NCBI RefSeq assembly: GCF_001194135.2
Contig: NC_068986.1
Location: 66,622,136-66,686,135, forward strand
Source of the DNA: Octopus bimaculoides
Taxonomy: Eukaryota
Length of the DNA stretch: 64,000 nt
Direction of reading: 5' to 3'
Below the pieces are notes generated by a model. That model was not told the DNA's origin. It searched no databases and worked only from the letters and a program-made list of their open reading frames with translations. Positions 50,215-63,169 of the stretch are shown here, in pieces. Numbering within the stretch: position 1 is the stretch's first letter; every line of letters starts with the position of its first letter. Both the position numbers and the translations under genes were made by a program.

Positions 50215-50500
50215 CTTCTGAGTTCAAATTTCACCGTGGTTGACTTTACTTTTCATCTCTTTCGGGGTTGATGAAATAAGTACCAGTTGAGAACTAGGGC
50301 TGATGTAATCGACTTAACCCGAATTTCCTGGCCTTGTGCCAAAATTTGAAACCAATATCAATATCTAACGTAGACACATGACTTCAAATTTATGAGATGG
50401 GTACAGTCAATTATATCGACGTATTTATTTTATTGAATCCGAAAGGATGAAAGGCAGAATCGACTCTGTGAGATTTGAACTTCAAGTATAAGGTATGTGA
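50215..50500. mobile_element. Two SINE family B fragments in opposite orientation
   Basis: Plus copy at 50215-50360, minus copy at 50385-50500. Confidence 0.75.
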
Positions 50501-51439
50501 GCAAATGCATTTTGTTCGCGGCTCTACCAAATCTACTAATATTGATTTACTACATGGTAAACTAGCGCAGCAAAGAATGAATTGTTTTGGCTGTATACAG
50601 AAGAGAAATGTTAGCTATCGACAAGATACGATTTGGGGTCCATTTAGTATAAGTAGGCAGAAACCCCTTCCATAGCAGCCAGCTAATTCTCCTTGGCTCA
50701 ATAGGTAGCTAACATCTTATTCTGCACCATCCGCTACCTCGTTCTAGATAATTATGTAGCAGAAAGGGGGTTAAACATAATTTCTATATTTACCAATAAC
50801 GCGTGATTTTCATTATCGCTTATATTTCCTTATTTTCAAGATTCAAATTATTTCATAAAACCCTTTAGCAACATTATTTACAGAACATTCGATTTTTTTC
50901 CGCATCAATGGGAAGCATTAATATGAATAATATATATATTTTCTTTTCGAATTTTTCATAAAGTTTTTGTGTACAATTAAGGTTTCGTTCTGATGTTTTC
51001 TCTACCAGTTAAGCAATTTCTACCAGTTATCGAAATGTGTATATATGTATATTTGTATAATTAGGATTTTAGTTTTTGTATTTTCAACATTACCTCCCAA
51101 TATCAAAGAACACCCATTCATCACACCAATGCTTGACTTTCAACAGCAGATTCTGGCGTGTATCCAAACTGCCTTTTCGAGAAACTTTGCCAAGAAAAAT
51201 CTTATTTTTCACGAAATAAATGTAATAAAGAAATAAACGAAAAAAAAAAAAAGATACAAAGGTATAGAAATAAAATAGTTAAAGAAGAAGGGTAAAAAAT
51301 ACAGAAAGTGAATGAGTGGGGTGGGAAAGAGAAAGAGAGCGACTATTGAACTTGAAGTGTAAACATAAATTTAATTATAACATTATATTTCTATCGGAGA
51401 TTCCCTATATTGCATATCAGTATTGGTCGTGTTAAAGTG

Positions 51440-51533
51440 GTAATATGTGTGTGTGTGTGTGTGTAGGCGCGTGTGTGTGAACATGCGCATGTACTTATGT
51501 GAGTGTGTGCATGCGTTCGGGTGCAGTTATGTG

Positions 51534-51612
<79 letters not shown>

Positions 51613-51763
51613 ACCGCTAGCGCACATGCGAATCTGTACGTGTGCGTGAATGTATGTCTGTGTGTGCTTATGTGTGCAAGCAATATTGGATTCNNNNNNN
51701 NNNTTATGTGTGCAAGCAATATTGGATTCCTGAGAGTAATTCTATTAACGTCGGTATGTGCAG

Positions 51764-51850
<87 letters not shown>
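51440..51850. repeat. TG/GTT/TCTA microsatellites with gap
   Basis: Directly visible. Confidence 0.9.
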
Positions 51851-52066
51851 GAAATGGCAGAGTCGAATAGATGCCTTATGGTATATTTTCAGGCTTCGGT
51901 GCTCTGAGTTCAAATCACGTCGATATCAACATTCCGTCGACGTCAAGATTAGCGGATCTATTAAGCGTCAGACAAGTTGTCTTACGATATGCCTCTGTTC
52001 TTCATGTCCAGAGTTCAAAAGAGGCCGCCTTTAACCGTCCTGTCGTAATGGGGTTCGGAGCCCGGC

Positions 52067-52100
<34 letters not shown>

Positions 52101-52112
52101 TCTTACCCTCTG

Positions 52113-52150
<38 letters not shown>

Positions 52151-52379
52151 TTTCATTATATATAATGTATATATTCATATATGTACATATAAACATATGT
52201 ATATAAATACATTTATATATATATATATATATANNNNNNNNNNNNNNNNNNNNNNNNNNNNNNNNNNNNNNNNNNNNNNNNNNNNNNNNNNNNNNNNNNN
52301 NNNNNNNNNNNNNNNNNNNNNNNNNNNNNNNNNNNNNNNNNNNNNNNNNNNNNNNNNNNNNNNNNNNNNNNNNATATAT

Positions 52380-52750
52380 ATGCGTGGTGCTCCGTCGGCT
52401 ACGACGACGAAGGTTCCAGTTGATCCAATCAACGGAATAGCCTGCTCGTGAAATTAACGTGAAAGTGACTGAGCACTCCACAGACACATGTGTCCCTAAC
52501 GTAGTTCTCGGGGAGATTCAGCGTGACACAGAGTGTGACAAGGCTGGCCCTTTGAAATATAGGCACAACAGAAACAGGAAGAAAGAGTGAGAGAAAGTTG
52601 TGGTGAAAGTGTACAGCAGGGTTCACATCCTCCTGCCGGAGCCTCGTGGACCTTTTAGGTGTTTTCGCTCAATAAACACTCACAACGCCCGGTCTGGGAA
52701 TCGAAACCGCGATTCTACTGCCTAACCGCTGGGCCATTGCGCCTCCACTT
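52380..52750 (-). mobile_element. tRNA-derived SINE family C, near full length
   Basis: Minus head GGAGGCGCAATGGCCCAGCGGTTAGG..GGTTTCGATTCCCAGACCGGGCG; body runs to ~52380. Confidence 0.85.
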
Positions 52751-52961
52751 ATATATATAATAATGACAATAATTCTAGGATGGAATTTATAAATATTTAA
52801 TACATCACTACACGCGTTCTACAAATCAAAAGATTTTAACATCACAGTCGGTATCCTTGGGATTAGTACAGTATAGTCCGTATTATCCGTGGGCATCGGG
52901 TTGATCATCATCATTGATTCATTTCATCAGGCGATACTTCATTACTGGATGAATCACAGAT

Positions 52962-52989
<28 letters not shown>

Positions 52990-52994
<5 letters not shown>

Positions 52995-53612
52995 CACCAC
53001 TATAACTTCGCTTTGTCCGAGGCAGGATATGATCATGGAATTACTTTTCTTAACCCTAAAAGTATAACACCTACTAATAATAGAAATAATGAGATTTTAA
53101 GTGAGACGGGGAATACAGGCTTACTTGGTCGGGAAAGCAAACCTACTATGAAAGCATTCAACAAACCCATCAATTTAAATAAAAAGATAAGCAACAATAG
53201 GAAATTAGATGCTATAACCAGTAGGAATATTTGTTTATATAATAAAGGTAGCGAGGCGACTGGGCGGATTATGCCATCCTCTCATGATAAGACAAATACT
53301 GATAACATAGCCATACCTAATAATCAAGTCACGATTTTGGGAAGCGTTGAAAGAGCAGGTAGATTCCGCTCTTACATACGTAAGAGGTCTGAAAATAATG
53401 ATTTAGTCTGGTTTAATGTTCCCTTCAACTGTGCCATATTCACAAACATATATAAGAAATTTATGGCAATTTTAGAAAAAAACTTCCCAGCTTCCCATAG
53501 ATATAATAGAATATTTTCCCGTAAGACAGTTAGAATTTCGTATTCTACCCTCCCCAATATGGGTACCATCATAGCCAGGTTAAAGAGAAAGAATATAAAA
53601 TCGGCAAGAGGG

Positions 53613-53643
<31 letters not shown>

Positions 53644-54400
53644 TTACTTTCAACACTAGCTTAAACCCCTACAATGAGAATAATATTAATTGTGATGTAG
53701 GAATTAGAAACAGCAGTATTAACACATCTAATATGCACAATATAGACTGTAACTCTGAGGTTCATACTAGCACAGGGATTACTGGCACAATGCCTGTTCA
53801 TGCTGAGATGAATTTGAATGATACTACAGTTGAAGGAAGTATAAATATTAACAGAAATAAAAATAACACACACGATAGTAATAGTAGGAATAATAGTGAT
53901 AATAATAATAATAATAGGAATATCAATAATATATTAATAGTAGTAATGCTTCTGGTTGCAATTGTAGAGTTAAATCCCACTGTCCGTTATTAGGCCGATG
54001 TCTAATCCAAAACGTAATTTATAAATGTACAATCATAACTGAGGCTAGTAGCTTTATATATACATAGGATGTTCGATAAATATGAAAAAAACGTATCAAT
54101 AACAATTTTTCATCTTTTAGACTCAAACATAAAGCCAATTGTACGTCCTTATCTAACAAATTTGGGAACTGAAGGAAAGCAGGATATAATACCGAAAGCG
54201 CAGCTTTATAGAGATAGTCGATACGGGTGTGAGCTGTAATCTATGGAAACTTAAGAGATTTTTAAATATAGGGACAAGAAAAACCTGATTAATAATAGAT
54301 TAGACCTAAAGGTATCATGTGTGTATAGCGTCATTCGTACATTTAAGTATTTTCGAAATTAGCGATTATAGGTGCCATACTTGAACTTTGATGGTGGAAA
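52990..54400 (+). mobile_element. Penelope-like element with Asn-rich linkers (thumb + GIY-YIG)
   Basis: ORF 53013-53993 contains YNFALSEAGY and LVWFNVPFN..FSRKTVRISYSTLPNM; next frames give CNCRVKSHCPLLGRCLIQNVIYKC..YIG; frameshifts near 53935 and 54060. Confidence 0.85.
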
Positions 54401-57400
54401 TGAATTTTGGTGTCGTATCCGTTGTAAACTTACCCTCTAGTATTAAAAATAATAGAATCGTGGGATATTGAGTTAATATGGTGAATTAAATTGCATTGCA
54501 TATATTATGGTATGTGGTGTGCTATATGTAATTACTATCCCATGAAAACTCTTGCCTAGTTAGTCTGACTTCGTCATATTTTTGGTGATTAAACTATCAT
54601 TTTTTCCCTTTCTATGATGTTTTATCCTACTGATCATATTATGTATATTTGTAATGGCTTTTATGTAAGTAAGTCTCCTAATTATATACCCCTAGAAACT
54701 ATAAAATCATATATGTAATAGCACCTGTAGCATTGCAACTTATAAAATCTTTTCGGTCTGAATACCCTTCACTACGCCCATACTTAATACCTTCTCTTTT
54801 CGGGTTACCTTTATCTCTTCCCTACCTCAAATTTTAATACCCTATCTCTTTAAATGTAGGTTATATATATTTCTTATTTTCTAGAAATTCTAATAAATTT
54901 TGTTTTCTTACTTTGATATCCTTACCTATTAATCTCTTTCCATTATAAGTTGTCACTGTTCTCGAATAGAGATTTTTCAGCTACTTAGGTCTATGTGAGA
55001 TGGTTATACTATATCCATATAAACGTATAAATATTTGTATATGTGCATATATGCATATATGTGCATAACCTAATAACGTCTTATCCATTATAAATTGTTA
55101 ACTTTTTTGTTACTTAAATCTATGCGAGATGTTTATACTATATCCATATGAACGTATAAATATTTGTGTATGCGTGCATGTGTGCACATAGATAAATATG
55201 TATGCGTATCTGTACACATCTTTATTTTTTCTGATTCTTGGCTTATAATTAATATACAGATAGTATGTTTATCTTTCCAGTATTTCATGAGTAAATGCCC
55301 TGAGCAGTCTTTATAGAAACCACCTAACAAGTGAATAATTAAGTATATGAATGAATATTAAGCTGATTCTATGTAATCTTTCCTCTTTAATGTTGAAAAT
55401 TGATATATACACACCTATTTTGGTTATGATATCATTTTTGATAACCTTAAATTTCATTTTTATACAATATAACAATATTGTTTATAAGCAATCACCCATA
55501 GTACCCCATGATAAAATTTGTTCCGCATTAACATTATAGGTTTATTAGCGTCTTGCCCCTTTAACTGATAATTAACACCATGATTTAGGGTCTTCCTCTA
55601 CCCAGCCTCCTTTTATAGACACTTACTCTATACCCAATTTACTGCTTCTAATGTCTTGACAATATTTATGACCATACCTAACCATGAGCTGTCAACTCAC
55701 TTTTGCCCTTCATTCCAAACAGACACAGTCCTCTAGTCTTAGATTTAGTAGTTGATAAAAAAACAAATAAATTAGAAATGAGCCACAATCCATTACAAGC
55801 TATGATCTCAGTGGGCTTCATGCCTTTCTTGGAAGTGTAGTCTATTATCAGTTACAATAGCGACAAGATGGATTTCTTCTATCTTCTTACTCTGTTAAAA
55901 TATTTGAGAAAAATTATATTAATGTGTCCAACTGATTAAAATTCTATCTATTTGTGCAGCTGATGATAGCTCTGCATTTAAATTGATGTAATGATTGCAT
56001 TGTTCAATTAAATGGAGACGCTTGAAACAGTCGTACTGCATAACTTCTTGATATCCTGTTGCTTATTTTGATTATATATANNNNNNNNNNNNNNNNNNNN
56101 NNNNNNNNNNNNNNNNNNNNNNNNNNNNNNNNNNNNNNNNNNNNNNNNNNNNNNNNNNNNNNNNNNNNNNNNNNNNNNNNNNNNNNNNNNNNNNNNNNNN
56201 NNNNNNNNNNNNNNNNNNNNNNNNNNNNNNNNNNNNNNNNNNNNNNNNNNNNNNNNNNNNNNNNNNNNNNNNNNNNNNNNNNNNNNNNNNNNNNNNNNNN
56301 NNNNNNNNNNNNNNNNNNNNNNNNNNNNNNNNNNNNNNNNNNNNNNNNNNNNNNNNNNNNNNNNNNNNNNNNNNNNNNNNNNNNNNNNNNNNNNNNNNNN
56401 NNNNNNNNNNNNNNNNNNNNNNNNNNNNNNNNNNNNNNNNNNNNNNNNNNNNNNNNNNNNNNNNNNNNNNNNNNNNNNNNNNNNNNNNNNNNNNNNNNNN
56501 NNNNNNNNNNNNNNNNNNNNNNNNNNNNNNNNNNNNNNNNNNNNNNNNNNNNNNNNNNNNNNNNNNNNNNNNNNNNNNNNNNNNNNNNNNNNNNNNNNNN
56601 NNNNNNNNNNNNNNNNNNNNNNNNNNNNNNNNNNNNNNNNNNNNNNNNNNNNNNNNNATATATATATATATACCTAAATGACGGATTGGTCATTGTTGGA
56701 ATGCTTCTGATCATAGGTCTAATCGATCAACAACAACAACAACAACAACAAAATTTTATCGGTTTTTATACTTTTAGGAGACTGAAATATATTACATGGA
56801 TTAGACTGTTTCAATTACACTGAAGAGATCCTCTGTGTGTTTTGAAAATTCCTTAATTCTATTTAGTTAAACGCTGCGACGATGTATTTGAAAATGTGAG
56901 TAGTTAAATGTCACGTAGGTCATAGTTTTATGAAGAACAATACGTGATGAATCGCCAAACTAGTCATTTGGATTAATCACTGAAAATAGATTTCTCAGAG
57001 ACTTCAGTATTCAGCAGACTGTGAAATAGAGACAGAAACGAAATCACTGTAGTCACGGAAGCATTTTAAAGCCAACATACAGTATTTATCTACAACAAAG
57101 AGTGAATAATATATATATTTCTGCCGACATTTCGAAGGAAATTTGGCAATAGCTGAACTTACATATAATTCGAGCAAAGTTTGAATAATTTCAGGTTTGT
57201 ATGAATTGTTCTATGAAGTAAATTGTTTTTCTTAGTGGTTGAACGAGACGATTGTTGTAGCGACGGCTTATTACTTTGTAAAGAAAATATTTTATCAAAT
57301 AACTAAATCACACTCAGCACTGTTATACAAACAATTGGTCAACCACTAACCGTGTTCCGTCTACTGCTAATACAGCGACCTCTGGCCCCTGAGACTTGTT

Positions 57401-58639
57401 AAATCTATGTCAAATCAGTTAAATTTTCTGAAGTTGTTTATCTTGTATTTTCTCAACACATCAGTTCTCCTTCAATTTTCTCAGAATATTTCCTTCTGAA
57501 CTACACATTTGCTTCTCAGCTTTGTTTTGTTTCTGTCTACTATCTTACAGTGAATCACAGATGTCAGAGTTTATACTATTTACATTTACTCATATGCCAG
57601 TTCACTTAGCTACAATACGTAGTAGTTAGTAATTGAACCCTTTCTATAAAACTAAAATTGATTAATACTTCATTCACTTGTAATTTTGAGTTTGAAAGAG
57701 TTTTTGCTAAAGTAACTTCCATACATTACATGAAAATAAATGTTTGATTATGATTCAGCAACAAAAGAGTTATATAGGGCTCACCAAATCAGTTCCTTTA
57801 ATTATTTGAATTATAAATCGACAGCATTAAACTCACCTAGCTATCTCTTCTCTCTAATAGCAAATCACCGTTACTCCTAAAAAACGCAAGTGTTCTTAAG
57901 ACGGGTGATGCTCTCCGATCTTTGCTGTATAGGAGTTTACGTTGGTTAAAACACTATAGGTAAATCTTTCTAATAGAAAAAATAGATTTATTTTATTGAA
58001 CAATGCAACAAAGTTCTTACAGGACGGGCAAGAACTCACGAATTACCACACATTGTAGTCTCATGTCTCATCCATTCAGTCATTTTGTTGACTGATCGAC
58101 AATTTTACAGACTCTGTACATACAACACATCAAACCAGCTTACAGGGAAAGGTAGTTGAGAACTTTACTTACGAGTTTTAGAATAAGCTAAATCCTGATC
58201 AGTAGAAACCCGTAATATAGTTAAGTTGATGATGAAGAATCTGAACGTTAGCTTAAAAGTTGACATTCGATTTACAATTCTTTTGTTTCACACAGACATA
58301 TTTACAATAGGCTGATGTCGAAAACCAAAGACGCATGGAATAAAAGCCAAATACCTAGAAACTCATCTCGTATACATAACATCAGTGACAATGTGAAACC
58401 TGTTCCTTAGGTCCGCTCGAACGAGCTCTCATGATTTACTCGATAAAAGATCTGGGTATTTGATGTTATACTAATGTCTTTTATTAAAGGAAAGGGCTGC
58501 ATAAAGGATATGTAATAAACTCAGCTACTAAAGGAAATGACGCATAGGGACCTAATATTTAATCTATAGAGTTGGCATGGTTAATTGTCGATAAAGACAT
58601 GTGGCATTGTTACTAAAATTGAGTAGTTACGAGTGTTGT

Positions 58640-59240
58640 TGTTGTTATTGTTATTGTTCAGCTCCAAGTCAGTTTTGATCGAGCAGATATGAAACCAATT
58701 CTAGCTATGACCAACCCGTTTTCTTTTCCACGTAGTGAACTATTTGTTATCCAAAGTATTCTATTTTAGCCGGTGTGGTGTGATGTAAAGGTTATTTGGC
58801 TGCTATTCTGGTTGATATCTACGGTAAAAGTTATCATATAAGGGTGGAACACCTCGTGACTATGGTAGTGAAGAAAATAACAATATGACCACCTTCTGCG
58901 TACTTTAGTCACATATAAATCTAGTACTCCAACTGTAATGAAATAAGTCAATGGCACTATTCTTTTGCTACCGACATACATAAGCTTAACTTAGAAACGA
59001 ACTTACAAATATTTACAGCTAGGTTGTTCTTTGCGTTTTGTTACAGGCTAACCCTTGACGGCATTGCTATAATGAAAGACGTTCCAGCTATGACAGCCCT
59101 GTCTTTTTTTAGATATAGTGTATATATAATATGATAACATGGACAAAAGAGTTCAATTTTAAAGCAGTAGGGTATGATTGGGGGAGGTGGAAACCTGGCT
59201 GTTATTCCTAGCAAGTCGAGTGACCGCATGGAAATCTCAT
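58640..59240. mobile_element. Two copies of an interspersed SINE-like repeat
   Basis: CAGCTATGAC...G(G/T)TGTGAT..TGGCTG(C/T)TATT at 58640-58820 and 59040-59240; related reverse-orientation fragment at 6745-6830. Confidence 0.5.
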
Positions 59241-59804
59241 TTGGATCAGGTAGATGAGAGCTAAGTATTAAGGCCACTGATACAATGTTTGTCTTCATGC
59301 TTTGGGTTTAAACTCCATTGATTGATTTCTCTTGATCTTCCCGAGGTCAAAACAAGTACCAGTTATGTAATAGGAAAGGTGGGGTGTGTATGAACTCTAT
59401 TACATTTTCTTCGTAATAATTTAAGGTATTGCGAGAATTTATGATACCATTTCGTAGTCGGGTTGTGTCTTGTGCTATATTCATGGAAATAGCATTTGTT
59501 ACGTACTTTCCTCGGGTTTCAAATAATTATATCTCGGCCTCAAGGTGTAAATACAATGTTTTCAGCTGAAGTATGAAGAGAACATTGCGAGTGTAAGATG
59601 CTCATAATTTCAACCGATCAATTATAAAATTGAGCATGAATTGATAACGCATGATAATGTGTTTTAAGTGACATACTTTAATATCTGACAGAGTGCCTAT
59701 TATCACAGCTCATATTTCTGTAATTCACCTGTGTTCATTAACAGAATTTCATATCACTCCTTTGTGAAGTAACAATTATTTATCAAATCGAAGATATTGA
59801 AGGC

Positions 59805-59806
59805 AT

Positions 59807-59876
<70 letters not shown>

Positions 59877-60070
59877 GTGTCTGTCTATCTGTCTATTTGT
59901 CTGTCTGTCTGTCTGTCTGTTTGTTTGTCCGTCTACTTGCCTGCCTGCTTGCCTGTCTGTCTGTCTGCCTGCCCGCCTGCCTACCTGCCTGCCTGCTTGT
60001 CTGTTTGTGTACATATGCGCACGTACGCATGTGTGCGCGCGTGTGTGTGTAGGTATGTAAGTATGTATGT
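59805..60070. repeat. Compound TATC/TGTC/GCCT/TG array
   Basis: Directly visible. Confidence 0.95.
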
Positions 60071-61099
60071 GGAAAAAAAGCGACTGCGATTAGACTTGGA
60101 GAGAGATGGGCTCCGTCAGGTTTAGATACCTTAGACGTCATCAGGAGTTAAAAGCTCAGAGTTATCACATGCGTACCACAAAACTCAACAGTAATTGCAG
60201 ATGCATATCTCGTTACAGTAGTATATATACACGTAGTAAATAAATAGCATTTAATCCGGTGCATTAATGTTTCTAAGACTATGGTTCTACCTTCATAAAT
60301 CACAATCCACAGAACATATATTCTACAACGGTATTTCTAAAAGCGGGTTCCATATATTACTGGTTCCGTAGTTGATTTTAGAGAAATAATTTGTGGTGAA
60401 ATTTGCTTTAAAGGATGTGCATTGTTAATTCTTAGGAAACTTCGTTTTTAAACATACTTGTATTTATGTTTATTCTAATCAAAGATTTAATCAGACTAAA
60501 CCAATAAGAGTAGTTTACTGATGTCACAACAGAACTATACATACACATATACACACACGCACACACGCACACACGTTTATATGTACATTATTGCTGAAGC
60601 AATGGACACTCTCATAGATATACTAATATATGGATAAACACATGACTAGTTGTTGAAGTAATTAATATATAGAGATACAATACGTGCACACATACATACA
60701 TAGAACATACCTTTTCTCGACTCCGGTACTTTCTTCACACTCTCCCCTTCCTGTCATCTTACTATGTCCGATTTTTAAATCTTATCCAGTAGTTACGCAT
60801 ACATATTCATAAACACAGCCAAATTCATGCAAGATGCTGAAAATAACTGCTGTTTAACTAATAAGTATTTGACTTTGATATAAATTCTAAAGAAATGAAG
60901 CAGTTCAAGCTAATATCAAACAATAATTTTCAATAGCTTTTAGTTTAAGCAACAATAGATATGAAATGGTTGTTAAAAATTTTTTCACAATATTGATATC
61001 AATCAGTTTAGCGACTCTACTAACGCGTGTGTAGTGAAGATAAATATTTTGGTCAAGTATAATTTTCTATAATCAACAAAATGCACTCTGTCTATATAC

Positions 61100-62250
61100 T
61101 CAATAGATAAATGGTTAAAAATTAACGCAGAGAAAGCCGTAATACTCAGTTTGAGCCGATAACAAGGTTCATCTTCAAAAGAAATATAAAAATAACAAAA
61201 GGAACAAAGTAAAAGCTTTTATTGCAAACGGTTTCACTGGATTGGTGATAAGACTGAACCAAGTGCACTGTAGAATGTAAAAAAGATTTTTAATAGTTGC
61301 TTAAATCCTATTAGACGAAAAGAATGTCTAGTGGCAGCACATTCAATTTTTAAAAAATCTCTAAATGAAGTGTATTTTCGTTATTGATGCAAACCGCCTA
61401 TACCAACAAACGCTTTTGATCACAGAGTAAGCAGATGACACATAAAACTGTGAAAAACTTAAGCTCGTTTAAAATATTTGGTGAAATGCATGGTAGATGG
61501 AAACATATATAAAAATATTGAAAAATCTATCAGCTTCTAACGGCAGTTTCAAATCGTATTATGGAATGCCAAATTTTTGACAAATAAGACGTATTCGCTC
61601 TACGAAATGGATGAATAAACTGACTTTGCTTATTTAACAGTTCTGCTTGTGTTTTGTACGCTATATCTATGAATGTAGCATTGAGAGTTTATTAATCTTC
61701 CATCCTTTGAAGAATCACGCTACAGAAGAAGCAATGTTCAACATCATTTGTGCAAAACGTGAAATTTTGTCGAACCTTTATTCAGGCAGTTGCATTAATG
61801 AAACTACAGCCGTGGTAGACACAGTTTCTGTTTTTGTTGAAGCAATAAAAAAAAGAAAAGAAAAGGAGAAAAAAAAAAACGTTGAAATTATTCACTGTCT
61901 TTTCTATCATCAAATATTAGCAGTGAAACATATCATTTAAGATCTGGAATATGTAGTAAACGATGCCGTAAAACTGGTCTATTTTATTAAATGAAAACCG
62001 TTAAATGCAAGAATCTTCAGTTTGTAAGTCAAAATCTGGTAAACCTGCATTCAAGTTTACACAAGGAATTGCACTGGTTATCACGTGGAAAACTGATGGC
62101 GCGGTTTTTCAAACTGCAGGAAGAAACTGGATTATTTCTATCTTAACATCCTTTTGGCATACTTTTCAGATATTCACTGACTTCAATACTCCAACGAGAT
62201 TAGTCATGCAAAGCAAGGTACCAATATAACATGTTTTGAAGTCTAAAATT
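61100..62250 (+). mobile_element. hAT transposase remnant of Buster/Charlie type (BED finger to catalytic region)
   Basis: DKWLK; GF.WIGDKTEP..C; LS.SN.TV..RI; FAL.MDE*TDFAYL.VLL.FVRY; HCLFYHQILAVK; DLEYVVNDAVK.V.FIK.KPLNARIF. Confidence 0.85.
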
Positions 62251-62599
62251 TAGGCTCCAAAGTTAAATGAATGAATTTCTGTGCAAGCTAAAACTCTTAG
62301 ATGACGTTGTAACTAAGAATGATGTCGGGTGTTTTTAGTTTTGTTTTTACTATAAAAACAAAATTTCTTCAAGTCAAACTACATGAGTTTAAATTTCGCA
62401 GCATTTGTCGAATATGTGTAAACTAGTATATCCATAGCGTCAAAAATGACGAGAGTTTTATTAATGATAGAAAATAACACATCAAAACAATGGGATCAAC
62501 TAGGGATAAATGTTAGCAATCTGTTATATATAGGTACATACACAGAACTGAAGCACTTGAACAATCAGATACGGTTGTAACGTTTCTATTACAGATATT

Positions 62600-63075
62600 A
62601 TCATCCATGTAATGTATATATATGTGTGTGTGTGCGAGCGTGCGTGTGTGTGTGCGTGCGTGCGTGCGTGCGTGTGTGCGAGTGTGTGTGTGTGTGTGTG
62701 CGTGTGTGTGTGTGTGTACATGAAAATCCGCTTTTCCATGCTCGCAGGGATGAGACAGATTTTGCATAACTAGATTCCATTTCTGTCACCGACCCTCACC
62801 TGTTTCCAAATAAGGAAATATATCATCATGCCCAGACACGATTACGTGGAAGATTCGAAACAAAGAACACCTCTTGCATGTCAGTTACATTTACTTACAA
62901 CTACTGCTCGATGTTACGGCAAGGAGGCAGTAAAACACACACATAAACAGACACAGGCAGTTGACAGAGAGACAGACATGCATACAGGACAGACAGATAG
63001 ACAGGCAGACAGACAAACACACTTAAACACACACACTTGCACACACACACACATACACTCACACACACACATAAA
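62600..63075. repeat. TG/CG/CAGA/CA tracts surrounding a SINE-like fragment (62725-62900)
   Basis: Directly visible; fragment related to 5044-5200. Confidence 0.75.
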
Positions 63076-63169
63076 CATCAAGTTGATCGCTGGTGTAACC
63101 ATGATGTTCTGGTAATTTCTTGGGCTAGCTTTCTTTTTTTCCAGTAATTTGTGAATATAAAATTGTATT

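Noticed and set aside
51668-51729. 26 bp exact duplication
   Set aside because: It also flanks a 10-N gap; likely an assembly artefact.
54735-54775. Minus-strand hammerhead-like GTGA-AGGGTATTCAGACC-GAAA
   Set aside because: The CUGA box is absent and helix I is not evident.
55295-55335. Hammerhead-like CTGAGCA..GAAAC
   Set aside because: The core is mutated, helix II is incomplete, and no helix I or III pairing is possible.
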